Program-made: the position numbers and the translations under genes
Source of the DNA: Abiotrophia defectiva
GTDB taxonomy: Bacteria > Bacillota > Bacilli > Lactobacillales > Aerococcaceae
Assembly (NCBI GenBank): GCA_963546405.1
Contig: CAUUNL010000001.1
Location: 19,261-83,260 of the forward strand
Reading direction: 5' to 3'
Length of the DNA: 64,000 nt
The notes under the pieces: generated by a model
What the model saw: the letters and a program-made list of their open reading frames with translations, nothing else
Told to the model about the DNA's origin: nothing
The model's database searches: none
In this document: positions 1 through 10,134 of the stretch, in pieces
Numbering within the stretch: position 1 is the stretch's first letter
Layout: every line of letters begins with the position of its first letter

Positions 1-349
1 CGTCATTGTTACCACTCAGGAGCATTTGGATGCCAAAATTCCTAAGTTGGATCCAGCCTTCAAGGATCAATACGCTGTCTTCAAGTCGCGTTCCTTCTTC
101 CTTGAAGTCATGAAAAAGGGCGTCAGCAAGGGTGATACCCTAGCTAAATTAGGGGAGCTCTTAGACATTAGTCCGCAAGAAATGATGACCATGGGCGACC
201 AGGAAAACGACCTGTCAATGATTGAATTAGCAGGTCTAGGCGTAGCCATGGGCAATGCGACTGATCAAGTTAAGGCGGCCGCTCAATACGTCTCCTTGAC
301 CAATGAGGAAGATGGCGTGGCACATGCTATTCATAAATTTATCGTATAG
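1..349 (+). CDS. Cof-type HAD-IIB hydrolase, 5' end outside window
   Basis: C-terminal Cof motifs LEVMKKGVSKG and GDQENDLSM...GVAMGNA; frame open from the window start. Confidence 0.9.
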   Translation, partial: VIVTTQEHLDAKIPKLDPAFKDQYAVFKSRSFFLEVMKKGVSKGDTLAKLGELLDISPQEMMTMGDQENDLSMIELAGLGVAMGNATDQVKAAAQYVSLTNEEDGVAHAIHKFIV

Positions 350-386
350 ACCAAAAGTCAGCTAAGACTTAGAAAGGGGTGAACCC

Positions 387-1409
387 ATGGGGTTATTTGA
401 TCGTATACGGCGTGCCTTTACCGGGGAAGATGCCGTTGTCAAAGAAGAAGAAGTAAAAAAAGAAGACCAGATAGTCATTGACTCCTACGACCAAGGGACA
501 GCTAAGACCCGTCGCAACTTCACTGATATTATGACCAATCTCTTCACGAGCTTCCGCGAAGTGGATGAGGAGTTCTATGAGGACTTGGAAGAAGCCTTTA
601 TCGGGGCGGACGTTGGTTTTGCTATGACCATTGCCATTACCGATGCTATTCGCGATGAAATCGAACGGACAGGTGTCCACAAGCCAGAAGATGTGAAGCG
701 CGTCCTTCTGGAGAAAATGGTCCAAGTCTATGAACGGGGCGGTCAAAATCTGGTTTCACTTAAGGAGAACCCAGATGGTCCGACGGTTATCCTTTTTGTC
801 GGGGTTAATGGGGTAGGGAAGACAACCTCGGTCGGTAAGATTGGTTATCAGCTCAAGCAAGAAGGCCACAAGGTCCTCATGGCAGCTGCCGATACCTTCC
901 GGGCTGGTGCTGTCGAGCAACTGAATGTCTGGGGCGAGCGTCTGGATATTCCAGTGGTAACGGGCAAGGCCCAAGGTGACCCGGCTGCGGTTGTCTATGA
1001 TGCGGTTAAGAAAGCCAATGCGGAAGGCTATGATTATCTCTTAGTCGATACGGCCGGTCGTCTACAGACCAAGGCCAATCTCATGGAAGAATTGGCTAAG
1101 ATTAAGCGGATTATTGAGCGTGAGAACCCAAATGGGGTCCAAGAAGTCCTATTGGCTTTGGACGCGACAACCGGGCAAAATGCGCTTATTCAAGCTAAGC
1201 AATTCAATGAAGCGACTGAGATTACCGGCTTGGTGTTGACTAAGCTGGACGGGACAGCCAAAGGGGGCGTAGTCCTCTCCATTCGCTATGAATTGGATAT
1301 TCCAGTTAAGTACATTGGTCTCGGTGAGAAGGCGACTGACTTGAAGAAGTTCGATGCCGAAGCCTATATGTATAGTTTGGTCAAGGATGTTCTTGAAGTG
1401 AAGCATTAA
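387..1409 (+). CDS. ftsY: SRP receptor FtsY
   Basis: GVNGVGKTT, DTFRAGA, DTAGR, TKLDGTAKGG SRP-GTPase motifs. Confidence 0.98.
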   Translation: MGLFDRIRRAFTGEDAVVKEEEVKKEDQIVIDSYDQGTAKTRRNFTDIMTNLFTSFREVDEEFYEDLEEAFIGADVGFAMTIAITDAIRDEIERTGVHKPEDVKRVLLEKMVQVYERGGQNLVSLKENPDGPTVILFVGVNGVGKTTSVGKIGYQLKQEGHKVLMAAADTFRAGAVEQLNVWGERLDIPVVTGKAQGDPAAVVYDAVKKANAEGYDYLLVDTAGRLQTKANLMEELAKIKRIIERENPNGVQEVLLALDATTGQNALIQAKQFNEATEITGLVLTKLDGTAKGGVVLSIRYELDIPVKYIGLGEKATDLKKFDAEAYMYSLVKDVLEVKH

Positions 1410-1416
1410 GATAGGG

Positions 1417-1444
1417 AGAGGTTGGGGCAGCCCAGCCTCTTTTT
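1417..1444 (+). terminator. Intrinsic terminator after ftsY
   Basis: AGAGGTTGGG-gcag-CCCAGCCTCT followed by T run. Confidence 0.8.
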
Positions 1445-1565
1445 CTAATGGAGATGAAGTTGCTGCTATTTGGATTATCGCAATCTTAAGGAAAACTTTA
1501 CTTGCGTGTGGGATCTTTTTAGGGTAGGATAGGATGTTAACAATCTATCTGTTCGAGGAGGCCTT

Positions 1566-2000
1566 ATGGAAAAACAATCTTCCTTTAAGTTTGTCATTCA
1601 ATATAATCTACTTTTATCCATCTTTGCTAGTACGGCTATTTCGGCCGCTATTTTAATAAAATATAGTCAGTTTTCTTGGGGGCAGTTGGCCGTGGATACG
1701 ACCCAAGCCATTATTATCAGTGTCTTGGTCGGCGTGGGCTTTCCTTTTGACTTGATTACCAAGCCACTTAAGTCAACTCTGTCATTAAGCGGCTGGCCTT
1801 TACGTTTGGCAACGAACGCCATGATTTGTGCGATAGTCGCGGCGACTGTGACCATCTATTTCAAGCTAGTTATCTTTGGTCTTGGGCCGGCAACTGTTCC
1901 TGCCTTCCTAGCCGATTATCCCTTGTCCTGGGCAGTTGGGGTAAGTGTGGCTTTTATTCTAGAACCTTATCTCTTATCATTTTTGCAAGCAGACCGCTAA
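1566..2000 (+). CDS. Small four-TM membrane protein, unknown function
   Basis: GAGGAGG RBS, four hydrophobic segments, own terminator. Confidence 0.75.
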   Translation: MEKQSSFKFVIQYNLLLSIFASTAISAAILIKYSQFSWGQLAVDTTQAIIISVLVGVGFPFDLITKPLKSTLSLSGWPLRLATNAMICAIVAATVTIYFKLVIFGLGPATVPAFLADYPLSWAVGVSVAFILEPYLLSFLQADR

Positions 2001-2036
2001 AATAACCTAGTGCTCTTTGGGCACTAGGTTGTTTTT
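2001..2036 (+). terminator. Intrinsic terminator
   Basis: AACCTAGTGCTC / GGGCACTAGGTT stem plus T run. Confidence 0.8.
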
Positions 2037-2049
2037 ATAACAATAAGAC

Positions 2050-2098
2050 TTAGGCAGGCCTAATCTAGTTTGTCTTGACTCTAGAAACATGGTAGAAT
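2050..2098 (+). promoter_or_regulatory. DtxR/MntR-type operator TTAGGCAGGCCTAA (2050-2063) and sigma-A promoter of the regulator gene
   Basis: TTAGG-N4-CCTAA palindrome; TTGTCT(2070)-17 bp-TAGAAT(2093) with extended TG. Confidence 0.7.
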
Positions 2099-2131
2099 AA
2101 GACAAGAAGGATAAGGAGACGAGGTGTCGCA

Positions 2132-2503
2132 ATGAAAAAAAGCCAAAGTCAAGAAGACTACCTTAAGTTCATTCACGAGGCAGGACATGGCCAATATGTT
2201 TCTAACAAGGAAATTGCCACTGGTCTCAATGTAGCCCCCCCTTCGGTGAGTGAGATGATTACTAAATTGGCCCAAGAAGGCTTGGTTGCCTATAAGCCCT
2301 ATAGCGGGGCCATGTTAACGCCTCAAGGTCAGAAATTAGCCATTGAACTAGTGCGTAAGCATGAAATCTGGGAATATTTCTTAGAGCACAAACTGGGCTA
2401 TACTAAGACGGAAGTCCATGAATTGGCTGAGCTCTTAGAACACGCAACTTCAACGGATTTGGCCAATCGCCTGGCTGCCTATATTCAATATCCTGAAGGG
2501 TAG
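2132..2503 (+). CDS. mntR: DtxR/MntR-family metal-dependent repressor (short form, no FeoA domain)
   Basis: EDYL, HTH EIATGLNVAPPSVSEMI, RKHEIWEYFL and AELLEH metal-site motifs. Confidence 0.85.
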   Translation: MKKSQSQEDYLKFIHEAGHGQYVSNKEIATGLNVAPPSVSEMITKLAQEGLVAYKPYSGAMLTPQGQKLAIELVRKHEIWEYFLEHKLGYTKTEVHELAELLEHATSTDLANRLAAYIQYPEG

Positions 2504-2512
2504 GCGACTCTA

Positions 2513-2833
2513 ATGGATTTAGCAAAAGTAATGCGGGTCAACCAGCTGCTTGGTTTTTACGGCGGGCTCTTAACTGATAAGCAACAAGCTATGCTTGGCC
2601 TCTATTATGAGGAAGACTTTTCCCTGGCTGAAATTGCCGACCACTATGATATTAGTCGCCAGGCTGTCCGGGATAATTTGAAGCGGGCTGAGCAGACTTT
2701 AGAGCACTATGAAGATCAGCTCCATCTCTTAGCACGCCGAGAGGCAAGACTAGCCTTGCTAGACCAGCTAGCAAGTCATACGGATGAGGTGGGGCAAAAG
2801 TTCCTAGCAGAAATCCGTGCCATGGATCAGTAG
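2513..2833 (+). CDS. ylxM: YlxM SRP-associated DNA-binding protein
   Basis: FYGGLLTDKQ...YYEEDFSLAEIA...ISRQAVRDNLKR; directly upstream of ffh. Confidence 0.93.
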   Translation: MDLAKVMRVNQLLGFYGGLLTDKQQAMLGLYYEEDFSLAEIADHYDISRQAVRDNLKRAEQTLEHYEDQLHLLARREARLALLDQLASHTDEVGQKFLAEIRAMDQ

Positions 2834-2909
2834 CTTGATCCTGTAATTATGAACAAGATAAAATCAAAACATGGGGCTAGTTGAGTGCTAGCCAAGAAGG
2901 AGGAACACA

Positions 2910-4385
2910 ATGGCGTTTGAAGGATTATCCGAACGCTTGCAGAATGCCATTAGCGGCATTGGTGCCGGAGGTACCATTAGCGAAGCAGACTTAAGACAGA
3001 TGATGCGGGAGATTCGTCTAGCCCTCTTAGAGGCCGACGTTAACTTCCAAGTGGTGAAGAGTTTTGTTAAGACAGTCAATGAACGGGCTTTAGGCTCAGA
3101 TGTCTTGGCTTCATTATCACCCGCTCAACAAGTAGTCAAGATTGTTGATGAAGAATTAACCGCCCTCATGGGTGGCGAACAGGTCCCACTTAACTTTGCG
3201 ACCCAACCGCCAACCATTATCATGATGGCTGGTCTCCAAGGGGCCGGGAAGACGACAACCGTGGGTAAATTGGCCAAATACGTTCAAGCCCAAGGCAAGA
3301 AGCGTCCTTTACTGGTAGCGGGCGATATTTACCGTCCAGCGGCCATTGCCCAGCTCCAAACTATCGGCCAGCAACTAGGGTTTGATGTCTTTAGCTTAGG
3401 TTCTGATGTTAGCCCGGTTGAAATTGCCCGTCAAGCGGTGGCTCAAGCCCGTATACAAGGCAATGATGTGGTCTTAATCGATACGGCAGGTCGTCTTCAC
3501 GTCGATGAGACCCTGATGGAAGAGTTACGTCAAATTAAGGCAGCGGTTAACCCGCACGAAATTCTGCTGACAGTAGATGCCATGACCGGTCAAGACGCGG
3601 TCAACGTGGCTAAAGCCTTCAACGATTCTCTGGATATCACTGGGGTGATTATCACCAAATTAGATGGGGATACCCGGGGCGGGGCGGCTTTATCGATTCG
3701 CTCAATCATTGACCGACCAATTAAGTTTACCGGGCAAGGTGAGAAACTCGATGCCCTAGAGCCATTCTACCCAGACCGTATGTCTAGCCGGATTCTGGGT
3801 ATGGGGGACATGATGACCCTGATTGAGAAAGCTCAACAGGAGTTTGATGAAGCCCGCGCCCAAGAGATGGCAGATAAGATTAAGGCCAATAGCTTTGACT
3901 TTAATGACTTTATCGAGCAAATGGACCAAGTCAACAAGATGGGCCCACTCAAGGACTTGATTAAGTTAATCCCTGGGATTAACAAGATTCCTGGCCTGGA
4001 TGAACTCGATGTCAACCAGAAGGATATGGCGCGTGTTAAGGCCATTGTCCTCTCCATGACACCAGCTGAACGTGAGAATCCAGATATTATTTCTCAGAGC
4101 CGTCGTAAACGAATTGCAGCTGGTTGTGGTCAGTCGCTAGCCGATGTTAACCGCATGATTAAACAGTTCAATCAGTCACGTGATATGATGAGCCAAATGT
4201 CTAATGGTAAGATGGGCGGTATGAAGAAAATGATGGCCCAACTCCAACAAGGCGGCGGTGGCTTCCCAGGTATGGGTGGTGGCGGTATGAGCGATACCGA
4301 CTTCATGACACCCGAACAGTTAGCTAAACGTAAGGCTGAGAAGGACTTACAACGCAAACTTAAAAAATTGAAGAAACGTCGTTAA
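2910..4385 (+). CDS. ffh: Signal recognition particle protein Ffh
   Basis: MAFEGLSERLQ, GLQGAGKTT, DTAGR, Met-rich M domain. Confidence 0.98.
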   Translation: MAFEGLSERLQNAISGIGAGGTISEADLRQMMREIRLALLEADVNFQVVKSFVKTVNERALGSDVLASLSPAQQVVKIVDEELTALMGGEQVPLNFATQPPTIIMMAGLQGAGKTTTVGKLAKYVQAQGKKRPLLVAGDIYRPAAIAQLQTIGQQLGFDVFSLGSDVSPVEIARQAVAQARIQGNDVVLIDTAGRLHVDETLMEELRQIKAAVNPHEILLTVDAMTGQDAVNVAKAFNDSLDITGVIITKLDGDTRGGAALSIRSIIDRPIKFTGQGEKLDALEPFYPDRMSSRILGMGDMMTLIEKAQQEFDEARAQEMADKIKANSFDFNDFIEQMDQVNKMGPLKDLIKLIPGINKIPGLDELDVNQKDMARVKAIVLSMTPAERENPDIISQSRRKRIAAGCGQSLADVNRMIKQFNQSRDMMSQMSNGKMGGMKKMMAQLQQGGGGFPGMGGGGMSDTDFMTPEQLAKRKAEKDLQRKLKKLKKRR

Positions 4386-4392
4386 GACAAGC

Positions 4393-4421
4393 AAAGAGGC
4401 TGGATATTCCAGCCTCTTTTT
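4393..4421. terminator. Probably bidirectional terminator between convergent ffh and oxidoreductase genes
   Basis: AAAGAGGCTGGA-tat-TCCAGCCTCTTTTT. Confidence 0.8.
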
Positions 4422-4441
4422 CTAGCTATATAATGGGAAGT

Positions 4442-5644
4442 TTAAACTTCTTTGAAGGTTTCATCGCCCTTATAATTCTCTTCCAACTTGCGGAATTGGT
4501 CGCGGGTATCTTGTGGCAGGGCCTGACCAATATCCATCATGCGGACAATGTCCTTGAAGGCGGCTTGAGGAATGGCCAAGTCAGCCAGGTCATCAGGGCT
4601 AATCTGCAGATTAATCGGATTAGGATCTCCTGCAGCAAACTTATTGACAAAGTCTGGATCCGCCACAAAGGGGGTAGAGATTCCCACTAATTCAGCATGT
4701 TCTAAAGCTTCTTGGGCCTTGGCAATAGAATTAATGCCACCCGTTACCATGAGAGGAAGTCGACCGGCTAGATGCTCGTGGACTACTTGGTTGATTAGAC
4801 GGCCTTGATGGGGTCCCGCAGCTCTGACGCGGTTACGGAAAACATCCCGTCCCCAACTTGCCAGGCAGAGGTAGTCCAAGGGAACACGTTCCAAAATCCA
4901 ATCCGTCACTTGATTGAATTCTTCTACTGTATAGCCGACTTCTTGGCCACGTGTTTCCTCAGGCGTACAGCGATAGCCTAGGATAAAGCCAGGTGGTGCC
5001 AGTTGCTCGACGACCTCCATAATGGCGTCCCAAATTTCTAAAATCAAGCGAGCACGATTTTCTAGACTATCAGCCCCATAAGCATCCGTCCGCTGGTTGG
5101 AGAAGGTAGACAAGAAGGATTGAGGTAGCAAACGTTGGGCACTGGATAACTCGATGCCGGCAAAGCCCGCTTGGATGGCCCGGCGCGTTGCGTCCGCATA
5201 ATAGCCAATAATGGCCTTGATCTGTGATTGATCTAAGGCTTTTACTTGGTGAGGGATAGGGGAATTCAGGGTCATTGGGCTGGGGCCGTAAACATAGCCC
5301 TGACGTCGCAGGTAAGGCTCCGCAAATCGTCCCGCGTGGGTCAATTGGATAAGTGCCTTGGCGCCATCTTGCTGCATAGCCTGAGCTAGTTTTGTCAAAC
5401 CAGGAACACAGGCATCCTCAGCCAGACTGGGGCCAAATTCGAAGAGTTGCCCTTGGGCATGAATGTAGGCAGCCCCGGTGATTTGCAGGGGGGCGGACTG
5501 GGCCCGGCGGCGTGAGTAGGCCAAGTCTTCTTCGGTAATGTGACCTTGAGCGGTTGAGGAATTGGTAGTCATAGGTGAGAGGACGAAGCGATTGGCTAAG
5601 CTATGGGCACCTAGACTTAGTGGGCTAAGCAGGGGGGATGGCAT
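4442..5644 (-). CDS. NADH:flavin oxidoreductase (old yellow enzyme family)
   Basis: NRFVLSPMT, IQLTHAGR, AGFAGIE, SNQRTDAYG...LENRAR; ATG at 5644 preceded by AAGGAG. Confidence 0.92.
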   Translation of the reverse strand: MPSPLLSPLSLGAHSLANRFVLSPMTTNSSTAQGHITEEDLAYSRRRAQSAPLQITGAAYIHAQGQLFEFGPSLAEDACVPGLTKLAQAMQQDGAKALIQLTHAGRFAEPYLRRQGYVYGPSPMTLNSPIPHQVKALDQSQIKAIIGYYADATRRAIQAGFAGIELSSAQRLLPQSFLSTFSNQRTDAYGADSLENRARLILEIWDAIMEVVEQLAPPGFILGYRCTPEETRGQEVGYTVEEFNQVTDWILERVPLDYLCLASWGRDVFRNRVRAAGPHQGRLINQVVHEHLAGRLPLMVTGGINSIAKAQEALEHAELVGISTPFVADPDFVNKFAAGDPNPINLQISPDDLADLAIPQAAFKDIVRMMDIGQALPQDTRDQFRKLEENYKGDETFKEV

Positions 5645-5794
5645 GTGAGACACTCCTTCGGCAGCTGTTCAAGCAGCTAGCATAATCAGATACTTACACG
5701 TTAGCACGAAAATTTTATCTGGTCAATCGCCATGAGTTGACAATCCCCTAGGTCTGATTGATAATAAAATTATTGATGAAAATGGAGGGGTCAC

Positions 5795-6799
5795 ATGTTA
5801 TTAAGTGTTTTGGATTATGCCATGGTAGACAGTGGCCGAACAAGCCAAGAAGCCCTGAGGGAGACAGTGGCCCTAGCGCAATTAGCAGATGAATTGGGCT
5901 ATCACCGATTCTGGGTGGCCGAGCACCATCAGGTGCCAGCCCTAGCCAGTGCCAGCCCCGAACTTATGATTATGCATTTGCTGGGCAAAACGCAACGCAT
6001 TATGATTGGTTCGGGTGGCATCATGCTACCTCACTACCGCCCTTATAAGGTAGCAGAGTGGGTGACTACCCTCAGTTCTCTCTACCCAGGGCGTGTCAAT
6101 GTGGGCTTAGGAAATAATCCAGGTACCAGCTCCGTTAGAGAATTGATGGGGACGGGCGAGCTTAAGCGTTCCGATTATGCCCATCAAGTGACCGACTTGG
6201 TTGAGTATTTGGCGGATCCTGACTCAGTTGGTTTACATGCGGCAGGACCTAGCCAGGAAGCCCTCTGGTTACTGTCGGCTGGCCTTCAGTCAGCCCAGTT
6301 AGCAGGAAGTTTGGGTCAGGCTTATGTCTATGGCTACTTCTTGGCGCCTGGCAAGGACCCACTTGCCAGTGCTCGAGACGCCTTAACTACCTATCGAGCT
6401 GCCTGCCAAGAAGCAGGCCACAGGCCGCAAGCTAGCCTGGCGGTCTTTGTAGTCTTAGGTCAAGATGAGACTCAGTGTCAGCAACTCCTATCTGCCTTAG
6501 ATGTCTGGCAACTGGGTAAGCAAGATTATGCTGAATTCAAGACCTTCCCAACAGTCCAGGAGGCGGTCGCTTATCCCCTAAGCCAGGAGGATCGAGCACA
6601 GATAGAAATCAACCGCCAGCGTGTGGTTGTGGGCACCCTTGATCAAGTCAAGCAGCAGCTAGATGACTTGGCGGCTAGCCTTGATCTTGAGGAGCTGATG
6701 GTTATTCCCTTAGTGCCGGATATTAAAAATCGTCAAGCTACTCTCCAGGCTTTAGCACAAGCCTATCAACTAAATCAAGATAAGAAAGTGGAGGAATAA
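5795..6799 (+). CDS. Luciferase-like (LLM class) flavin-dependent monooxygenase
   Basis: LSVLD...RFWVAEHH...GSGGIMLPHY. Confidence 0.93.
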   Translation: MLLSVLDYAMVDSGRTSQEALRETVALAQLADELGYHRFWVAEHHQVPALASASPELMIMHLLGKTQRIMIGSGGIMLPHYRPYKVAEWVTTLSSLYPGRVNVGLGNNPGTSSVRELMGTGELKRSDYAHQVTDLVEYLADPDSVGLHAAGPSQEALWLLSAGLQSAQLAGSLGQAYVYGYFLAPGKDPLASARDALTTYRAACQEAGHRPQASLAVFVVLGQDETQCQQLLSALDVWQLGKQDYAEFKTFPTVQEAVAYPLSQEDRAQIEINRQRVVVGTLDQVKQQLDDLAASLDLEELMVIPLVPDIKNRQATLQALAQAYQLNQDKKVEE

Positions 6800-6801
6800 T
6801 A

Positions 6802-7140
6802 ATGAAGAAATTAGGTAACTATTTATGGGTTGAAAAAGAAGGGGATATCTACACCCTCAGCATGACACCAGAATTACAAGACGATGTCGGGACGGTCGGC
6901 TATGTGGAATTTACCCGCGAAAGCCAAGTAGAGGCTGGCGACTCTCTCTTAAGTTTAGAAGCCTCTAAGACTGTCCTAGATATTTTCTCACCCCTGTCTG
7001 GTCGCATTGTGGAGGTTAACTCAGCTGCTCAAGATCAGCCAACCTTGCTTAACTCAGCCAATCCAGCAGAATCTTGGCTGGTGCGCTTGACTGATGTTGA
7101 GGAAGCAGCCTTCTTGGCTTTACCAGATCCGCTAGACTAA
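6802..7140 (+). CDS. Glycine cleavage H-like lipoyl carrier GcvH-L
   Basis: LQDDVG (Asp27) and LEASKT (lipoyl Lys56); SirTM operon context. Confidence 0.92.
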   Translation: MKKLGNYLWVEKEGDIYTLSMTPELQDDVGTVGYVEFTRESQVEAGDSLLSLEASKTVLDIFSPLSGRIVEVNSAAQDQPTLLNSANPAESWLVRLTDVEEAAFLALPDPLD

Positions 7141-7156
7141 GAGAGGTGGGGCTGAC

Positions 7157-7948
7157 ATGTTTGCGCAAGATTTGGATGCCCTGATTCGTCATCTTGGGGC
7201 TAGCCCTGAGCCGGGGACTGATGAAGAAAAGTTCCGGCAATATCGTGGCTTAGTCAATCAACGCTTGCCTTATCCAGTTAGTCAGGACTACCTCGATTTG
7301 GAAAGTCGTTTCTTGGCAGCCTGGCGCCAGCAAGAACCTATCTATCATTTGGCAGATTGCCAGAAGACAGGGCATCCCTCACTTTATCTCTGGCAGGGCG
7401 ATATCACCCGTTTAGCGGTAGATGCTATTGTGAATGCAGCTAATTCGGCCATGCTAGGTTGCTTTGAACCTAACCATTATTGCATTGATAACCAAATTCA
7501 TACCTTTGCCGGCGTTGGTTTGCGCTTGGCCTGTGCTGATTTGAAAAAAGCCCGGGGTGGTAAGCGGCTGCCTGTCGGTCAAGCTCTCATGACATCCGGC
7601 TTTAATTTACCAGCCAAGCAGGTCATTCATACGGTAGGGCCACGCATTCATCATTTGCCGGTATCGCCCATGATGCAGGACCTACTCAAAAAGGCTTATC
7701 GAGCTTGCTTGGCTTGCGCCGACCAAGCGGGTTTGGCGACAATCGCTTTCTGCTGTATTTCGACTGGTGAATTTTCCTATCCTATTGAAGAGGCGACGCC
7801 GATTGCCATTGAGACTGTCTCCGCTTATCTAGCGGAGACAGGTTCCAAGCTCAAGGTCATCTTCAATGTCTGGACAGATAGCCAGTACCAACTCTATCAT
7901 GACTTACTTAATTCTAAGGAGGCTTCCCATGTGGCAAGCACTAACTAA
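7157..7948 (+). CDS. Zn-containing macrodomain protein-ADP-ribose hydrolase
   Basis: [25 protein letters not shown]n loop, [13 protein letters not shown]. Confidence 0.93.
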   Translation: MFAQDLDALIRHLGASPEPGTDEEKFRQYRGLVNQRLPYPVSQDYLDLESRFLAAWRQQEPIYHLADCQKTGHPSLYLWQGDITRLAVDAIVNAANSAMLGCFEPNHYCIDNQIHTFAGVGLRLACADLKKARGGKRLPVGQALMTSGFNLPAKQVIHTVGPRIHHLPVSPMMQDLLKKAYRACLACADQAGLATIAFCCISTGEFSYPIEEATPIAIETVSAYLAETGSKLKVIFNVWTDSQYQLYHDLLNSKEASHVASTN

Positions 7949-8804
7949 AACCTATCCCAATCAAGCCCAACAACTCTTGGCACTGCTTAAGGAAGCTCAG
8001 GCCGTAGTCGTAGGGATTGGGGCTGGCATGTCAGCCGCGGATGGTTTTACCTATATTGGCCCACGTTTCCAAGAGGCTTTTCCTGACTTTATTGAAAAGT
8101 ATGGCTTCCTCGATATGTTGCAGGCCAGTCTCTTTGACTTTCCAAGCTGGTCGGAATATTGGGCCTTCCAAAGTCGCTTTGTCTGCCTCAACTACTTGGA
8201 TCAGCCCATGGGTCCATCTTACTTGGCTCTCAAAGACTTACTCAAGGACAAGGACTATCATATCATTACGACCAATGCCGATAATGCCTTCTGGGTAGCT
8301 GATTATGATCCTAACAAGGTCTTCCATATCCAGGGAGAGTATGGCCTGATGCAGTGCAGTCGCCATTGCCATGCTCAAACTTATCGGGATGATGCGCTGA
8401 TCCGCCATCTGGCTCAGCACCAAGTCCAAGGCCAGGTGGCCTATGAAGACATTCCCCTCTGTCCTAAGTGCGGGGCACCGCTAGAAATCAACAAGCGAAA
8501 TGCTGAAAAGGGCATGGTGGAAGATGGAGACTTTATGGCCCAATTGGGTCGCTACAAGGATTTCTTGGCTAGCCATGAAGGGGACAAGGTCCTCTATCTT
8601 GAAATCGGGGTAGGTTTTACCACACCACAATTTATTAAGCAACCTTTCCACCAAGCGGTGATGGCCAATCCGAATGCCATCTTGGTAGCCTTAAATCAAA
8701 AACAATATCGCATGCCACGCGCCATTCAAGACCGGACGGTCTGGCTGTCTCAAGACAGTAAAGACCTCTTGTTGGCCTGTGCGGCTGCAGCTAATCAAGC
8801 TTAG
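7929..8804 (+). CDS. sirTM: Class M sirtuin SirTM (protein mono-ADP-ribosyltransferase)
   Basis: [23 protein letters not shown] (Gln at the canonical His), Cys pairs; ATG 7929 after AAGGAGG. Confidence 0.9.
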   Translation: MWQALTKTYPNQAQQLLALLKEAQAVVVGIGAGMSAADGFTYIGPRFQEAFPDFIEKYGFLDMLQASLFDFPSWSEYWAFQSRFVCLNYLDQPMGPSYLALKDLLKDKDYHIITTNADNAFWVADYDPNKVFHIQGEYGLMQCSRHCHAQTYRDDALIRHLAQHQVQGQVAYEDIPLCPKCGAPLEINKRNAEKGMVEDGDFMAQLGRYKDFLASHEGDKVLYLEIGVGFTTPQFIKQPFHQAVMANPNAILVALNQKQYRMPRAIQDRTVWLSQDSKDLLLACAAAANQA

Positions 8805-8813
8805 GAGGATAAC

Positions 8814-9836
8814 ATGTATCTAATTGAACCTATTCGCAATGGCCAATATCTGCCTGATGGGGCCTTAACGCTGGCTATGCAAGTCTATGTTCTCAATCAT
8901 TTAGACCTAGATGAGACCATACTTTTCCCCTATTACTGTAAGCCTAAGGTGGAAATCGGTCGCTTCCAGAACGCAGAAGTGGAAGTCAACCATGACTATC
9001 TTAAGGAACATGGTATTCAGTTAGTCCGTCGTGATACGGGCGGTGGGGCGGTTTACTGCGATCAGGGGGCCGTCAATGTCTGCTATATTATGCCAGGCGA
9101 TACCAATATCTATGGCAACTATCAACGTTTCTACGCACCCGTTGTCAAACTCTTGCATGATATGGGGGCAAGTGAGGTCGAACAAAGTGGCCGTAATGAC
9201 CTGACGGCGCTTGGTAAGAAGGTATCAGGTGCCGCCATGACCATGGTGGGTGGCAAGATTTATGGCGGACATTCCCTCCTATTAGATGTCGATTATGAAG
9301 CCATGGTGGAAGTGCTCAATCCTAACCGTAAGAAAATTGATTCTAAGGGCATTAAGTCGGTGCGCAGCCGGGTGATGGGCTTGCGTCAACTCTTGGATGA
9401 GCCCTATCGTCATATGACCATTGATCAGTTTAAGGATGAGGTTATTTGCCGTCTAATGGGGATTGACTCCATTGAGCAAGCCAAACGCTATCAGCTGACT
9501 GAAGAAGATTGGGAAGCTATTGAAGCCTTGGCGGATTCTAAGTATCGCAACTGGGAATGGAACTATGGCAATTCGCCACGCTATAGCTATAATCGCGACG
9601 CTCATCTGGGAATTGGGACTGTAGAGTTCAGCCTAGAAGTTGAGGCTGGTCGCATTAGCAAATGCCGTATCTATGGTGATTTCTTCGGTAAAGGGGCCAT
9701 CCAAGATATTGAAGAAGCCTTGCTAGGCACACCTGTTACTAAGCAAGATTTATTAGCAGTCCTGTCCAAACAGGACTTGGCTCATTATTTTGGGCCAGTC
9801 ACCGCCCAAGAACTGGTGGACTTAATCCTATCCTAA
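8814..9836 (+). CDS. lplA: Lipoate-protein ligase (LplA2 type)
   Basis: RRDTGGGAVY, GRNDL...KKVSGAA, KGIKSVRSRV, WEWNYG. Confidence 0.95.
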   Translation: MYLIEPIRNGQYLPDGALTLAMQVYVLNHLDLDETILFPYYCKPKVEIGRFQNAEVEVNHDYLKEHGIQLVRRDTGGGAVYCDQGAVNVCYIMPGDTNIYGNYQRFYAPVVKLLHDMGASEVEQSGRNDLTALGKKVSGAAMTMVGGKIYGGHSLLLDVDYEAMVEVLNPNRKKIDSKGIKSVRSRVMGLRQLLDEPYRHMTIDQFKDEVICRLMGIDSIEQAKRYQLTEEDWEAIEALADSKYRNWEWNYGNSPRYSYNRDAHLGIGTVEFSLEVEAGRISKCRIYGDFFGKGAIQDIEEALLGTPVTKQDLLAVLSKQDLAHYFGPVTAQELVDLILS

Positions 9837-9842
9837 CATTTC

Positions 9843-9874
9843 GGCTCCTGTCCTTTGAAAGGGCGGGGCTTTTT
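9843..9874 (+). terminator. Intrinsic terminator of SirTM operon
   Basis: GC-rich stem CCTGTCCTTT/AAAGGGCGGG plus T run. Confidence 0.7.
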
Positions 9875-10078
9875 ATTACGCCGCTTGAAAAATTTTCGCC
9901 ATTAATTTTTTGGTGGGTGTCTCAAATGCAGTGGCCAAAACTAATATCACTGCTAACAAGAAACCGATATAATTAGTTAGCCATGAAAAGCGCCTATCAC
10001 CATAGATAAACATAAGTTTGAAAGCTAAAAGCCCCTAAACCTAAAATCGCAAGAAAAATTTTTGCAAACCTAAACATT

Positions 10079-10112
10079 TTAGGTTGACCTAATCTTTTCT
10101 CTGTTGTACAAT
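10079..10112 (+). promoter_or_regulatory. DtxR/MntR operator TTAGGTTGACCTAA (10079-10092) overlapping the -35 of the Mn ABC promoter
   Basis: Palindrome matches the 2050 site; TTGACC(10084)-17 bp-TACAAT(10107). Confidence 0.8.
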
Positions 10113-10134
10113 ATAATTAGCGGTAAGAGAGGAG

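Noticed and set aside
7866..7928. Longer N-terminal extensions in the ORF track (also at 16596, 30413, 34842, 42674, 50476, 56843, 58756)
   Set aside because: Downstream ATGs have clear RBSs and match family N-termini; the extensions overlap neighbouring genes, terminators or promoters
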